DNA of 64,000 nt, from positions 18,210 to 82,209 of IMG/VR virus record IMGVR_UViG_3300043388_000012; one strand, 5' to 3'. The notes below the pieces were generated by a model, which was not told the DNA's origin, ran no database searches, and was given only the letters and a program-made list of their open reading frames with translations. This document shows, in pieces, positions 45,954 to 56,134 of the stretch. Numbering within the stretch: position 1 is the stretch's first letter; every line of letters begins with the position of its first letter. This stretch comes from a virus (lineage: Duplodnaviria > Caudoviricetes). A program made the position numbers and the translations under genes.

Positions 45954-46705
45954 CGGGAGGCGCGTTGGAAGACGAAACGTTTAGGAGCGCGATTGCAGGG
46001 GCTATCGCGCTCGTGCCGGAAGGCGGCTCGACCGTAGTCATCGAAGCCGGTGACACGTTCGATCTCGATCTGACCGTAGCGAAGGCGGATGAGATTACGA
46101 CGGCCTGGATTATCGAGATCCCTGCAGTCGGAGCCATGTTCGAACTGCTCGCGAAGCGCTCCGGTGTGTCTGTCTTTTACGTCGACGAGATCCCGGGCAG
46201 TCTGTTCGCGACCACTGAGAAGCTCGCAGCCGGGAAGAGTCGAGTGCTCGTTGCAGATGGGCAGATCGGGGTGCCTGCGCATGACTTCATTCCACCCGAA
46301 GCACCGTCATCGATCGGCAAGCGCGTAACGAAGGTGTTGAAGACTGCAGAGGAACGATACGTGCTCGGTATCGTGCTCGTGCCGGAAACGGTCGACTCGC
46401 AGGGCGATATCTATTCACACGATGAAGTCCGCAAGTCAGCCCATATGTACATGGAGACCGCGGGCAATCTCGGCAAGCAGCACACTGAGATCGTCACAGG
46501 CAAGCTCAAGATCCTCGAGACCTATCTCGCTCCAGCTGACTTCACGATGGACGAAGAGAAGATCACTAAGGGAACGTGGTTGATGGGAATCAGAGTGGTC
46601 GATGATGGCCTGTGGGATGACGTCAAGAAGGGCTCATTCTCAGGCTTCTCAATCGGCGGCGCAGCACACCGAACGCCCGAGATCACTACGACCGATAAGG
46701 TCTGA
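45944..46705 (+). CDS. XkdF-like prohead serine protease
   Basis: GIVLVPETVDSQGD...KQH...ETYLAP...GTWLMG...VKKGSFSGFSIGG. Confidence 0.88.
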   Translation: MEVTGGALEDETFRSAIAGAIALVPEGGSTVVIEAGDTFDLDLTVAKADEITTAWIIEIPAVGAMFELLAKRSGVSVFYVDEIPGSLFATTEKLAAGKSRVLVADGQIGVPAHDFIPPEAPSSIGKRVTKVLKTAEERYVLGIVLVPETVDSQGDIYSHDEVRKSAHMYMETAGNLGKQHTEIVTGKLKILETYLAPADFTMDEEKITKGTWLMGIRVVDDGLWDDVKKGSFSGFSIGGAAHRTPEITTTDKV

Positions 46706-46768
46706 TCATTGCGGCGTGAATCTTGTGTCGGTTACGTTGAGTTTCGTTCGCAGTTTCGAGGGCTCAAA

Positions 46769-47662
46769 ATGAAACAACGAGTGCGAGTTCAAAAGGCCGC
46801 GGACGCTGCGGTAGCTGGCGCAACACCGGTCAACCGTTTGACTGGTATGGAAGTCGAAGAGGTTTCGATCGTCGATCGAGCGGCCAATCAGCGAAAGTAC
46901 CTCGTAGTCAAAGAGGGAGCGGCACCTCCGCCGCCAGCAGCTGCAGCGCCTCCGGCTCCCGCTCCGCCAGCACCCCCGCCTCCGGCTGCGATTCAGGTTT
47001 CGCCAGAGCTCAAAGCGAAGGTGTTGACCGTGCTGAGTGCAGCACAGGCCAAGATGGCGGCGATTGCGAAGCAACTTGAGACCGCGACTGAAACCCCGGG
47101 AGCGGCCGCTCCGAAGGAGTTGATCGACCAACTCACGGCGATCGGTAGCATGTTCGCGACCGGCGCTGCTCCCGCACCTGCTCCGGCTCCCGCACCTGCT
47201 CCCGCTCCAGCTCCGGGAGTACCTCCGCCAGCCGCGAAGGATGCGACAGAGAAGGCCGGCAAGAAGGTCTCTGCTGCGCGGCTCGCTCAACTCATGACCG
47301 TGAAGACAACGCTCGACACGCTCATCGCTGATGTGTCGGACGGCGGCGACGATGACGATGCAGAGCCAACCGAGACTGCTACGTCGACGAAGAAGAGCGA
47401 AGGCGAGCCTGTCGTGACTCCCGTGACTCCTGCATCGAGCAGTGACGTCGACGGCATCAAGGCCTCGATTCAAAGCTTAGCCAACACGGTCGATAAGATG
47501 ACCCTCCTGTTCGAGGGTCAGAACGCACGCATCGACACGCTGACTAAGTCGCATGGGAAGAGCCAGCAAGTAGATCTCGACGGCAAGCAGCCGACTAACA
47601 AGTCAGCCAAGCCTGTCGTTTGGGAGATGGACATGGCGAAGCCGTTGAAGGTCGTTCAGTAG
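46769..47662 (+). CDS. Capsid scaffolding-like protein
   Basis: EEVSIVDRAAN motif; Pro/Ala-rich linkers and coiled coil; directly before MCP. Confidence 0.65.
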   Translation: MKQRVRVQKAADAAVAGATPVNRLTGMEVEEVSIVDRAANQRKYLVVKEGAAPPPPAAAAPPAPAPPAPPPPAAIQVSPELKAKVLTVLSAAQAKMAAIAKQLETATETPGAAAPKELIDQLTAIGSMFATGAAPAPAPAPAPAPAPAPGVPPPAAKDATEKAGKKVSAARLAQLMTVKTTLDTLIADVSDGGDDDDAEPTETATSTKKSEGEPVVTPVTPASSSDVDGIKASIQSLANTVDKMTLLFEGQNARIDTLTKSHGKSQQVDLDGKQPTNKSAKPVVWEMDMAKPLKVVQ

Positions 47663-47704
47663 CTCTCTCGTGCGGCGACTGCAGATAAACAAGTTTCTCA
47701 AAAG

Positions 47705-48652
47705 GTGAGTGGAGAGACCGTGGAAGAAAACAAGACGATCCTCGAAAAGGCCGATATGGCTTTGAGCGACCTGACATCGGGGGGCCTGCTTGTCGCGGCT
47801 CAGGCTCAAAAGTTCATCCGAATTCTCATCGACGAAGCGAAGCTGATGAAGCTCGCTACCGTTACGCCGATGAAGAGCCACACTCAGGAGATCAACAAGA
47901 TCAAGTTCGGCTCGCGCATCCTGCGCGCCGCGCAGGAGAACACGGCGCTTGCCGAGGTTGACCGAGCGAAGCCAACGACCTCTAAGGTCTCGTTGATCGC
48001 GAAGCCGTTCAAAGCTCAGGTCAACTTGACCTATGAAGTGCTCGAAGACTCCATCGAGCAGGACACGCTCAAGGCGACGATCATGCAGCTGATGGGCGAA
48101 GCCATCGCGCGCGACGTCGATGAGATTCTCGTTCGCGGCGACACTGCATCGTCAGATACGTTCCTCGCGCAGTTCGATGGGCTGTTGAAGAGCAGCACCT
48201 CGAACATCGTGAACGCAGGAACCACGTCGCTGACGAAGAGCATTCTCCGCGACATGATCAAAACGATGCCGAGCCCGTTCCTGCGGGACAAGTCATCGTT
48301 GAAGTACCTGACCTCGGTCGATGCAGAGATCGACTATCGAGACAGCCTCTCGAACCGTCAGACGAACACCGGTGACAAGGCTCTCGATGGCGCGGCTCCG
48401 GTCGGCTACTCGGGCATTCAAGTCGTCGACGTCCCGCTCTTTCCGGAAAACCTCGGAGGCGCGACGAACGAAACTAACGTCGTGCTGCTCGATCCCAAGA
48501 ACATGAACGTCGGTATCTGGCGTCAAATCCAGATCGAGACGGACAAGGACATCGAGGCGGGCAAGGTCATCATCGTGGTGAGCATGCGCATGGACATGAA
48601 GCTCATCGAAGAAACTGCAGTCGTGAAAGCGACCGGCGTCAAGGTCTCCTAA
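47705..48652 (+). CDS. Major capsid protein (HK97 fold, XkdG/P2-like)
   Basis: GGLL...QAQKFI...LEDSIE...GDT; 315 aa; head-module synteny. Confidence 0.9.
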   Translation: MSGETVEENKTILEKADMALSDLTSGGLLVAAQAQKFIRILIDEAKLMKLATVTPMKSHTQEINKIKFGSRILRAAQENTALAEVDRAKPTTSKVSLIAKPFKAQVNLTYEVLEDSIEQDTLKATIMQLMGEAIARDVDEILVRGDTASSDTFLAQFDGLLKSSTSNIVNAGTTSLTKSILRDMIKTMPSPFLRDKSSLKYLTSVDAEIDYRDSLSNRQTNTGDKALDGAAPVGYSGIQVVDVPLFPENLGGATNETNVVLLDPKNMNVGIWRQIQIETDKDIEAGKVIIVVSMRMDMKLIEETAVVKATGVKVS

Positions 48653-48689
48653 TACTCACCTCGAACAACAGGAACAGGAGACAAGCACA

Positions 48690-49025
48690 ATGGCAATCGG
48701 AGCTATCACGGTAGTGAGCAAAACCCAGATCCCGGGCCCGCTCAACATCGACGAAATTTCATTCGCGGGAGACGCCACGTATCCAGCGAACGGTACTCCC
48801 GGGTTTCAAGCGCTCGTGCGCACGGCTCTCGGGAAGGGCAACGTCACGATCATGCTGGTCGTGCCACTCGAGTGCGGCGGCTACATCCCGTTTTACGATG
48901 CAGTCGCAGACAAACTCAAAGTCTTGTACAGCGACAGCAACAACGCGTCGGATGGTCCGTTGATCGAGAACGCGACAGCCGACCTGCATCTGACAACGTT
49001 CAAACTCAAGGTGCTCTCGAAGTAG
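48690..49025 (+). CDS. Probable head decoration protein
   Basis: Follows MCP; AGGAG RBS. Confidence 0.5.
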   Translation: MAIGAITVVSKTQIPGPLNIDEISFAGDATYPANGTPGFQALVRTALGKGNVTIMLVVPLECGGYIPFYDAVADKLKVLYSDSNNASDGPLIENATADLHLTTFKLKVLSK

Positions 49026-49058
49026 TCGAGCACGGGTCCGCACTCCGGGAGAAACATC

Positions 49059-49331
49059 ATGTCAGCGATTACAACAGACTTCGGCTCGGGCGGCGCCAAT
49101 CTCACTCCGGGAGCTGGCGGCGAGCCGAGCTTGGCCACTGCGCTCCGCGAAATTGCGGATGACTTGGCGGCAGTGCACGGCGGAGGCTCTGTCGTCTCTG
49201 CTCCAGCACTGGCGGCGTTTACAGACCCTCCATCGGCGGCAGAGATGGCGCTGCTCCGAACCCTCGTGAATCAGTTGCGCGCGGCAGCAGTCGCGTCGAC
49301 GGGTGCAACTCTGAAGACGACGAAGGCGTGA
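49059..49331 (+). CDS. Small virion protein
   Basis: GGGAG RBS; structural operon. Confidence 0.55.
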   Translation: MSAITTDFGSGGANLTPGAGGEPSLATALREIADDLAAVHGGGSVVSAPALAAFTDPPSAAEMALLRTLVNQLRAAAVASTGATLKTTKA

Positions 49332-49394
49332 AGCTAGGCGGCTTGCGCGTTCGAACGAACGGCCGTTGACGGACGGCCGAGAAAGATTTGAGTC

Positions 49395-49907
49395 ATGGCA
49401 TTGCTCGCACGATTGAAGCCATACAACGTCAAAAAGGGTCATCTGACCCGCATCTACATGATCGATGGTGCTCGCTTCTATGAGGATCGTGGTTGGTACG
49501 AAGTACCGGACGATCTCGGAGAGAAGCTCCGCGTGCTTCATCAGGATCACTACGACGACGACTCTCCGGACCTCTTCGACGTCTGCACGGCCGATGAAGC
49601 AGAGGCTCTCGAAGCGCGAGAACTGAAGGCGGTCGAAGTCAAAGCGACCGCTAAGAAGGCGCTCAAGATTTCGGACAGTACTTTGCGGGAGCGAGTTCGC
49701 GCGTTGACGTCTCGCGAGCCGGATGAGTCAGGCGATCTGACATCGGCAGAGTTGAAGCCGGCTCCTGCCGCGATGATCGATCCTGCGGACGATGACGACG
49801 ACAAGGCGGCAGATGAAGACGAAGGGCGTGCAGTCGAAGTCGGGCGCGTGACTCCTCCAGCTCATGCAGGCAAGTCGTTGCCGCCGAAGCCGCGCACTCG
49901 GCGCTGA
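49395..49907 (+). CDS. Hypothetical structural-region protein
   Basis: 170 aa with an acidic/Pro-rich tail. Confidence 0.6.
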   Translation: MALLARLKPYNVKKGHLTRIYMIDGARFYEDRGWYEVPDDLGEKLRVLHQDHYDDDSPDLFDVCTADEAEALEARELKAVEVKATAKKALKISDSTLRERVRALTSREPDESGDLTSAELKPAPAAMIDPADDDDDKAADEDEGRAVEVGRVTPPAHAGKSLPPKPRTRR

Positions 49908-49946
49908 GAAACAGACGACTGCAGCTCTCCTAAGTAATCTTGTCGT

Positions 49947-50480
49947 GTGCCTACTCTGCCGAGACAGGATCGTCTGAGAGCGTCCGAAGCGGACGCTGAC
50001 GAGCTGCTTCCTGCAGGGCCATCGCTGGTCTCCCAAGAAACACTCTTGGGAGACCTCAATGCGATTAGGTCGCAGCTTCGAAGAGTCGTGCTGAAGATCT
50101 CAGACGGCACTCACTGGTATGACGATCCGAGCGCTGGAGCTGGCGGAGGAGGCGGCGCGGGCGGCTTCGAAACTCCTCAAAACAAGCGCATGCCTGCACG
50201 CAACACGTCGGCAGATGGCCAGCGTGCATGTGACATAGCGATTGCTCTGGCGCCTGTTCCGGGAAGCTACGTCGGCGTTCGAGTGAACGGGATCGATGTA
50301 CCAGACATCGGAGACGGCTCGAAGGTCGCAGCTTGTTACTTCTCGGTTGATGCTGGCTCAAGTGCTCGGGCATGGGCAGATATCACGAGCGGAGACGTTC
50401 TCTATTGGAACGGCTCGATCGCTGGATACGAGCTGTCGGCGGCGACGGATTTGATCGATTTCATCTACGAAGGCGGTTGA
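49947..50480 (+). CDS. Virion protein; C-domain paralogous to the next gene
   Basis: NK.M.A..TSAD...YV.V.VNG...GDG.....CYFS.D.G...GD.LYW shared with 50487..51317. Confidence 0.6.
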   Translation: MPTLPRQDRLRASEADADELLPAGPSLVSQETLLGDLNAIRSQLRRVVLKISDGTHWYDDPSAGAGGGGGAGGFETPQNKRMPARNTSADGQRACDIAIALAPVPGSYVGVRVNGIDVPDIGDGSKVAACYFSVDAGSSARAWADITSGDVLYWNGSIAGYELSAATDLIDFIYEGG

Positions 50481-50486
50481 TGTTCC

Positions 50487-51317
50487 ATGGACGGCAAACA
50501 GCTACTCAACAACAGCGTTGCGGCCGCTAAGCTTGTCTCTTCGTTCATAGCAACGCTGTTCTTGAAAGACGGCTCCGTTGCTCTCACGGGCACGATGAAT
50601 GCCGGAGGTCAGCGCATCTCGAACGTTGGCGCTCCGACCGTCGACACGGATGCAGCGCGACTCGCCGATCTCTACGCGCTCGCTTGGAAGGATAAGTGTG
50701 TAGTCGCGACGACGACTAACATCACGCTCTCAGGCACGCAGACAATCGATGGTGTCGCGGTGACGGCAGGTCAACGCGTCTTAGTGCGCGCTCAAACGTT
50801 GGGCGAGAACAACGGTATCTACATCGTTGCTGCAGGTGCATGGTCTCGTTCTGCAGACTCTGACAGCGCGACCGATATCCGCGGCTCGCGCATCCCGATC
50901 GAGCAAGGCACGCTCTTCGCTGATCATCAGTTTCAGCTCGCGACCGATACGATCACGCTCGGTACTACGCCGCTCGTGTTCATCGATATGGGCGTAGGTT
51001 CGCCAGCAGCGTTTCCGACGTCGGGTAACAAGCAGATGGCTGCTTCGCTGACATCGGCTGACTTCCAAGTCGCATGCGCCACGACGATCGCTGCAACGCC
51101 TGCGACTGATGGTTATGTCCGAGTGTTCGTCAACGGTCTCGGTGTTGTTGTCGGAGATGGAGTCCGGACCAAAGACTGTTACTTCAGCTCTGACGGCGGC
51201 ACGACGGCGAAGACGATCGCGAACATCGCGTTAGGCGATACTCTTTACTGGGTTCAGTCTGTTGCTCTGTACAACTTGGCAACGACAGACGTCATCGACT
51301 TCGATTATGCGGTCTGA
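50487..51317 (+). CDS. Fibre/decoration protein
   Basis: WKDKCVVATTTNITLSGTQTIDGV...RVLV..Q...NGIY...GAWSR, a common phage fibre module. Confidence 0.7.
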   Translation: MDGKQLLNNSVAAAKLVSSFIATLFLKDGSVALTGTMNAGGQRISNVGAPTVDTDAARLADLYALAWKDKCVVATTTNITLSGTQTIDGVAVTAGQRVLVRAQTLGENNGIYIVAAGAWSRSADSDSATDIRGSRIPIEQGTLFADHQFQLATDTITLGTTPLVFIDMGVGSPAAFPTSGNKQMAASLTSADFQVACATTIAATPATDGYVRVFVNGLGVVVGDGVRTKDCYFSSDGGTTAKTIANIALGDTLYWVQSVALYNLATTDVIDFDYAV

Positions 51318-51748
51318 TGCTAATCGCAGCCAAACAGCTAGCGATGGTTGGGTCCGTCGCTGTTCCGTACTCAGGCACGTCAATCGCGCTTGATGTCGGG
51401 ACTTACAATGAGTTCGTGATCGGGAAGCTGACAAGTAACGTCGACTTTACGTTCACGCATGCCGCGGTTGGGCAACGCGGCGTGATTTGGCTCAAGGCAG
51501 ATGCCGTAGGCGGCTGGCGCGCTGGCTTCACTGCTCCAGCCGGGTTCTTGATCATCGATGATTCATTGGTCGCAGCTGAAGCGGATCTCGCTGCAAACGC
51601 GATCGCGCGAATCAGTTACGCGATGCACGTGCTCGATGGCCAGAACTATCTAGAGCTCGACCGGTCTGTCCGTTCGGTATCTGTGAACGTCGTCACCTTC
51701 AACGGTGCGACCGTGAAGCGTACCGGCGATCGCGTGGTGACTTCATAG
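51317..51748 (+). CDS. Beta-rich virion protein
   Basis: TGATG coupling. Confidence 0.55.
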   Translation: MLIAAKQLAMVGSVAVPYSGTSIALDVGTYNEFVIGKLTSNVDFTFTHAAVGQRGVIWLKADAVGGWRAGFTAPAGFLIIDDSLVAAEADLAANAIARISYAMHVLDGQNYLELDRSVRSVSVNVVTFNGATVKRTGDRVVTS

Positions 51749-51755
51749 GCGCGCG

Positions 51756-52865
51756 ATGGTCGACACCAACATCTCCACGCTTGGAACGGACTGTGTCTCC
51801 GCGATCGCGGATGGGACTTTGCCGCTGTTGACGAAGGTCAACCTACCGAACGGCACGATCCCGATCTCGAAGTTCGTGACCGGGCAACAGGTCATACACG
51901 TTCCGTTCATTGCGTCGAACCCGTCGTATCTTTTGCCTCACAAGTGCATCGGTGTTTGGATTCGACCCGGAGCAGGCGGCGGAGCAGGCGGAAGCGGAGG
52001 CGGCGCGGCGGGACTTGGCAACACGACTGCGGCTGGCGGCGGAGCCGGAGGTCGAGCCGGTAACTCGTGCGTCATGCAATACGCGCCGCTTGCGATCGCT
52101 GCAGGTGTAACGGTCGCAATCACGATCGGAGCTGGCGGCGCGGGAAGTGCTGGAGCAGCAGGCGCAGTTGCTGGCGCAGGCAATGGCTCGGGGGCGCTCA
52201 GCGGCAACCTCGGAGCCGTAACCAAGATCGAGATCGGTGGCGTTTCCATTATCGAGGCTCAACCAGGAGGGCCAAACCCAGCACAAGCAGGGGGTAGTGG
52301 TCGGGGAACGACAGCTGGCGGAGCGGCTGGCAGTGCTGCTCCGGCAGTAACTAGCAACTGGCCATTCGCTACTAAAACAGTACCGATCACTCCGGGACTG
52401 GCTGGCGCTGGCGGAACAGGAAGCTCCGCGGGAGCAGCTGGAACGGCGACTGTTACAACGTCGTCGAACCTGTTCGGAACCGCAAACTACGTTGCGGATG
52501 TAGCTGCATCGACAGGTGGTTCTGCAGGCGGCACTGGCTCGGGAGGCGGAGGCGGAGGCCCCGGAGGATCATCGAATCCAGGCGATGAGCATCCTTCCGT
52601 GCTCGGGTCTCTTCCTCCAACGACTGGAGCCGGAAGCGGTCAAGGCGGAACCGGAGGCAATGGCTCAAGCGGAGCTGTCGGGTCATCCGCGACAGGTGGA
52701 GCTGGCTCGAATGGAGCTTCTGGAGCTCTCGGGCGAGGCGGAGGCGGCGGAGGCGGAGGCGGCGGAGGCGGGAATGGAACGGCCGGCGGAGGCGCTGGCG
52801 GCGCGGGCGGGAATGGCGGGAATGGCTCGGACGGCGCCGTAATATTGGTCCTCTCATCCGACTGA
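51756..52865 (+). CDS. Glycine-rich virion protein A
   Basis: GAGGG/GGGGG tracts; C-terminal GSDGAVILV. Confidence 0.75.
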   Translation: MVDTNISTLGTDCVSAIADGTLPLLTKVNLPNGTIPISKFVTGQQVIHVPFIASNPSYLLPHKCIGVWIRPGAGGGAGGSGGGAAGLGNTTAAGGGAGGRAGNSCVMQYAPLAIAAGVTVAITIGAGGAGSAGAAGAVAGAGNGSGALSGNLGAVTKIEIGGVSIIEAQPGGPNPAQAGGSGRGTTAGGAAGSAAPAVTSNWPFATKTVPITPGLAGAGGTGSSAGAAGTATVTTSSNLFGTANYVADVAASTGGSAGGTGSGGGGGGPGGSSNPGDEHPSVLGSLPPTTGAGSGQGGTGGNGSSGAVGSSATGGAGSNGASGALGRGGGGGGGGGGGGNGTAGGGAGGAGGNGGNGSDGAVILVLSSD

Positions 52866-52875
52866 CCTAACAAAC

Positions 52876-53961
52876 ATGTCAGACGTCGATATATCAACCC
52901 TAGGCACGACGATCGTCACGGCGATTCCAGCCGCGGGAATTCCTTACGCGAAGCTAAGCATCGCCGACGGGACAATCCCTAACGCGAAGCTCGTTGATCG
53001 AGTCGCAGTGCAACAGATCCCATACACAGCGACTGCTACAGGCTACGTGTTGCCGCATCGCTGCATCGGCGCGTGGATGAGACCCGGAGCCGGCGGAGGT
53101 GCTGGCGGAGGTGCTGGCGGAGCTGGAGCAAGCGCAAACCTCGGAGGCGGCGGGGGTGGCAGCGCTGGTCGTGCTGGCGGCGCGTGCACGATGCAATTCT
53201 GTCCTCTGGACATCGCGGCCGGCACATCTGTTGACGTAACGATCGGTGCTGGCGGAACAGGAGGAGCAGGAGGCGTCGCGGGAGGGGCCGCGGCTTTGGC
53301 AGGAGGGATCGGAGGCAGCACGAAGATCGTCGTCGGCGGAGTCACTCTCGCTGAATGTCGCCAAGCGCTCCAGACACAGCCCGGGAATGCTGGCGCGGCA
53401 GGAACTGCGACAGGCGGTATAGCCGGCACGCTATCGGCGGCTGGTAATAACAGCTGGCCATTTTCAAATTCGAACACAGCTCCGGGAGGCGGGGGAGCAG
53501 GCGGTACTAGTCTCGCAGGCTCCAACTCGTCAACGTCACAGGTCAACACAATACCGACGTTGTTTGGTTCGAGTGGCTACATCTCAACTCTCGGAGGACC
53601 CGGAGCATCAACACCAGACGGTACTCGAGGCGGAGGAGGATCCGGAGGCAACGGCGGCAACTCTTGTCAGGGTGATGAGTTCGTTTCTGTACTCGGAATT
53701 GCGATCCCAGCTGCGACCGGCGCGGGTAGCGGGCGCGGAGGGCAAGGCGGCATCGGCGGAAACGGCAACAACGCAGGAACAGGCGGAGCCGGAACGGTCG
53801 GCAGCGCGGGTCAGACAGGCTCGTTAGGGCGAGGCGGCGGAGGCGGCGGAGCCGGAGGCGGAGGAGGGGCAGGAAGTGTCACCGGAGGCGCTGGAGCGAA
53901 CGGTGGAGTTGGAGGAGTTGGCTCGGATGGCGCAGCAATATTGGTACTCTCTTTGGACTAA
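52876..53961 (+). CDS. Glycine-rich virion protein B (tandem paralog)
   Basis: Same framework as protein A: D..ISTLGT, LPH.CIG.W.RPGAGGG, WPF, GSDGA.ILVLS.D. Confidence 0.75.
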   Translation: MSDVDISTLGTTIVTAIPAAGIPYAKLSIADGTIPNAKLVDRVAVQQIPYTATATGYVLPHRCIGAWMRPGAGGGAGGGAGGAGASANLGGGGGGSAGRAGGACTMQFCPLDIAAGTSVDVTIGAGGTGGAGGVAGGAAALAGGIGGSTKIVVGGVTLAECRQALQTQPGNAGAAGTATGGIAGTLSAAGNNSWPFSNSNTAPGGGGAGGTSLAGSNSSTSQVNTIPTLFGSSGYISTLGGPGASTPDGTRGGGGSGGNGGNSCQGDEFVSVLGIAIPAATGAGSGRGGQGGIGGNGNNAGTGGAGTVGSAGQTGSLGRGGGGGGAGGGGGAGSVTGGAGANGGVGGVGSDGAAILVLSLD

Positions 53962-53963
53962 TC

Positions 53964-54218
53964 GTGACTGAGAACATGACACCAGATGGCACAACAACCG
54001 CGTACACGACGCTGACGTCGTTTTTGCCCGGCTCGCTGAAAGTCTACGTCGATGGCATCCGATACTCACTCGATGATGACTACACGGAGACTGCGGCAGG
54101 CGTTGACGCTAGCAACGGCTTCGCGATGACGGTTCCGGTTCCGACCGGCTCGAAGTTTGTGATCGACTATGAAACCGGAGATGGTGTCTTCAACGGTCTA
54201 ATCGCATCCGGAACCTGA
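53964..54218 (+). CDS. Small virion protein
   Basis: GSLKVYVDG...DDYTE pattern. Confidence 0.55.
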   Translation: MTENMTPDGTTTAYTTLTSFLPGSLKVYVDGIRYSLDDDYTETAAGVDASNGFAMTVPVPTGSKFVIDYETGDGVFNGLIASGT

Positions 54219-54222
54219 AGCC

Positions 54223-55320
54223 ATGCCAGCAATCGCCAGAGGTCAGACGTCCGACTGCACTACGCCGTTTCTCGATCTGTTCACGCGCTTCGGCGCGACT
54301 CCGACTGATGTGTACGCGTTGAGCTTTCAGATCTTCGAGAAGGTCAGCTTCCCGACGCCTTTGCAGGTGTATCCCGGGAGCGGCAGGCACACGGTCGACC
54401 TGACAGCTTGTCCATCAGGCGATCGCATCGATCCCGGTCACTACGTGGCTCGTTGGACGGTTCCTGATACAGAAGCCCTCGGCACGCACGAGATCCGATG
54501 GTTCTTTCGAGCCGGGCCGCTGAGTGCCGAGCAGTCGTTCACAGAAGAGTTCGAGGTTACCGATCTTCTGGTCGGCTCCATCGCGCAAGCGCAGGAGTAC
54601 GCGACCGTGCAGCAGCTCCGAGATGAAGGCGTGTTGACCTCGCAGGCAACTGATGCACAGCTGCTTACGAAGATCCGCCGCATGTCGTCTCTCATCGATC
54701 GCTGGACAGGGAGATGGTTCTATCCGAAGGCGACTGTGCTGACGCTCGATGGCACCGGGAAGAACATGCTGCTCATCGGGCCGCCGATCATCTCTGTGAG
54801 CCAGGTCAAGCTGCTAGGTCAAGGCGCAGTGCTGACGTCGGCTAACGATGACATCGTGGAGCTAGACGAGATCCGCGTCTTCAATCGGCACCTGACACAA
54901 GGTCTGACTGACCCGGATGATCGCAACAGCCCTAAGATTCAGTGGCTGACTTACGAGCTAGCCGGAGATCGATTGATCGAAGTCGTGAATCAAGGAACCT
55001 TCCCGCGCGGCGTGCAGAACATCGAGGTAACCGGAGTCTTCGGCTACACCGATCCCGATGGAACGTTGACCGGCAAAACACCGGATATGATCAACTGGGT
55101 TTGCATGGCGATGGTCGTGAAAGACCTTGCCAAGCTCGCCGATACCGATGCGCGCGACGAGCAGTCGATGCGCGGTCGCATGACCTCGCTGCGAACTCGC
55201 GACCAATCCATCACATGGGCGGCGCAGACTATGAAAGTCGGAGGGCCATGGACAGGCGATCAACAGATCGACTCCATCATCGCGAGCTTCCGCAGGCCGC
55301 CATCTCTCGGAGCAGCATGA
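54223..55320 (+). CDS. Head-tail adaptor (connector) with N-terminal Ig-like domain
   Basis: YATVQQLR...SSLIDRWTG.WF...GYTD; position. Confidence 0.65.
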   Translation: MPAIARGQTSDCTTPFLDLFTRFGATPTDVYALSFQIFEKVSFPTPLQVYPGSGRHTVDLTACPSGDRIDPGHYVARWTVPDTEALGTHEIRWFFRAGPLSAEQSFTEEFEVTDLLVGSIAQAQEYATVQQLRDEGVLTSQATDAQLLTKIRRMSSLIDRWTGRWFYPKATVLTLDGTGKNMLLIGPPIISVSQVKLLGQGAVLTSANDDIVELDEIRVFNRHLTQGLTDPDDRNSPKIQWLTYELAGDRLIEVVNQGTFPRGVQNIEVTGVFGYTDPDGTLTGKTPDMINWVCMAMVVKDLAKLADTDARDEQSMRGRMTSLRTRDQSITWAAQTMKVGGPWTGDQQIDSIIASFRRPPSLGAA

Positions 55321-55592
55321 AACTCACTGAGCTCAAGCCTATGCAGTGTGAGTCGATTCCTGTTCTTCGAACGGCAGGTGTTCTCTACGTCTCGAAAAAG
55401 TATGACGTCGCTATTCATCTCTGCCCGTGCGGCTGCGGTTACGAAGTCGTTACGCCGCTCGAACACGATCCGCTTCCTGGCTGGACTCTTAGCGGAGACG
55501 ATGAGTTTGTGACGCTCTCGCCTTCCATCCTTTGCAACACGACTTGTGCATCGCACTACTTCATCCGCGCTAACCGAGTGGAGTGGTGCTAG
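55317..55592 (+). CDS. DUF6527-like Cys/His protein
   Basis: HLCPCGCG...W...TLSPSI...C.SHYFIR.N.VEW. Confidence 0.7.
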   Translation: MKLTELKPMQCESIPVLRTAGVLYVSKKYDVAIHLCPCGCGYEVVTPLEHDPLPGWTLSGDDEFVTLSPSILCNTTCASHYFIRANRVEWC

Positions 55593-55595
55593 GTC

Positions 55596-56132
55596 ATGCC
55601 TCGAGGCAGGCTAATATTTCCGTTCAACGTTGAGCTTGGCTTGCTCGATACGGATGGGACTGCAGCTGACCCGGATGCAGGCGGGGCGTTGACGTCGGGA
55701 TACGACGACGACTTTCGAGAGCCGGTCATGATCGCATCGTCGTCGAACAGTCATCGTGGTACGCCGAGACGCGTCGAGACTGTGCAGATTTTCAAGGCAC
55801 AGGTTGAAGACGATACGGAGGATGCCGTCAGCATGGCGGCGAGCGGAAACAATCCGACGAACACGATCGGACTCGTCTTCCACTTCAAAGACCTCGAGGC
55901 GGCCGGAGCTGTGCAGCTGGCGTCAGGTCTCCCGATCATCAAGGCTCCCGGAGCGCGGCTCATCAGCATCCGCGACCCACGCACGAACGTTCTGATACAG
56001 CGCTACGATACTCCCCCCGGTTACTACGCAACGCAGGTGAAGAGCATGGGTTACGGCTTGGGGCCTAACAGAAATCTTCTGCTAGTCGTCTTCCAAGAAC
56101 GCGATCTCAGTGTGCCGGCAACCGGAGGCTAG
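55596..56132 (+). CDS. Head-closure/neck protein
   Basis: Synteny; beta-rich. Confidence 0.5.
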   Translation: MPRGRLIFPFNVELGLLDTDGTAADPDAGGALTSGYDDDFREPVMIASSSNSHRGTPRRVETVQIFKAQVEDDTEDAVSMAASGNNPTNTIGLVFHFKDLEAAGAVQLASGLPIIKAPGARLISIRDPRTNVLIQRYDTPPGYYATQVKSMGYGLGPNRNLLLVVFQERDLSVPATGG

Positions 56133-56134
56133 CA

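Noticed and set aside
12614-47473. Long antisense ORFs (e.g. 12614..13402, 20833..21471, 41613..42422, 46706..47473)
   Set aside because: They are shadow frames of clearly identified genes in GC-rich DNA, with no motifs or RBS support.
51756-53961. Collagen-like repeats or a DGR target
   Set aside because: Gly runs are not strict Gly-X-Y; no reverse transcriptase or adenine-specific TR/VR pair was seen.
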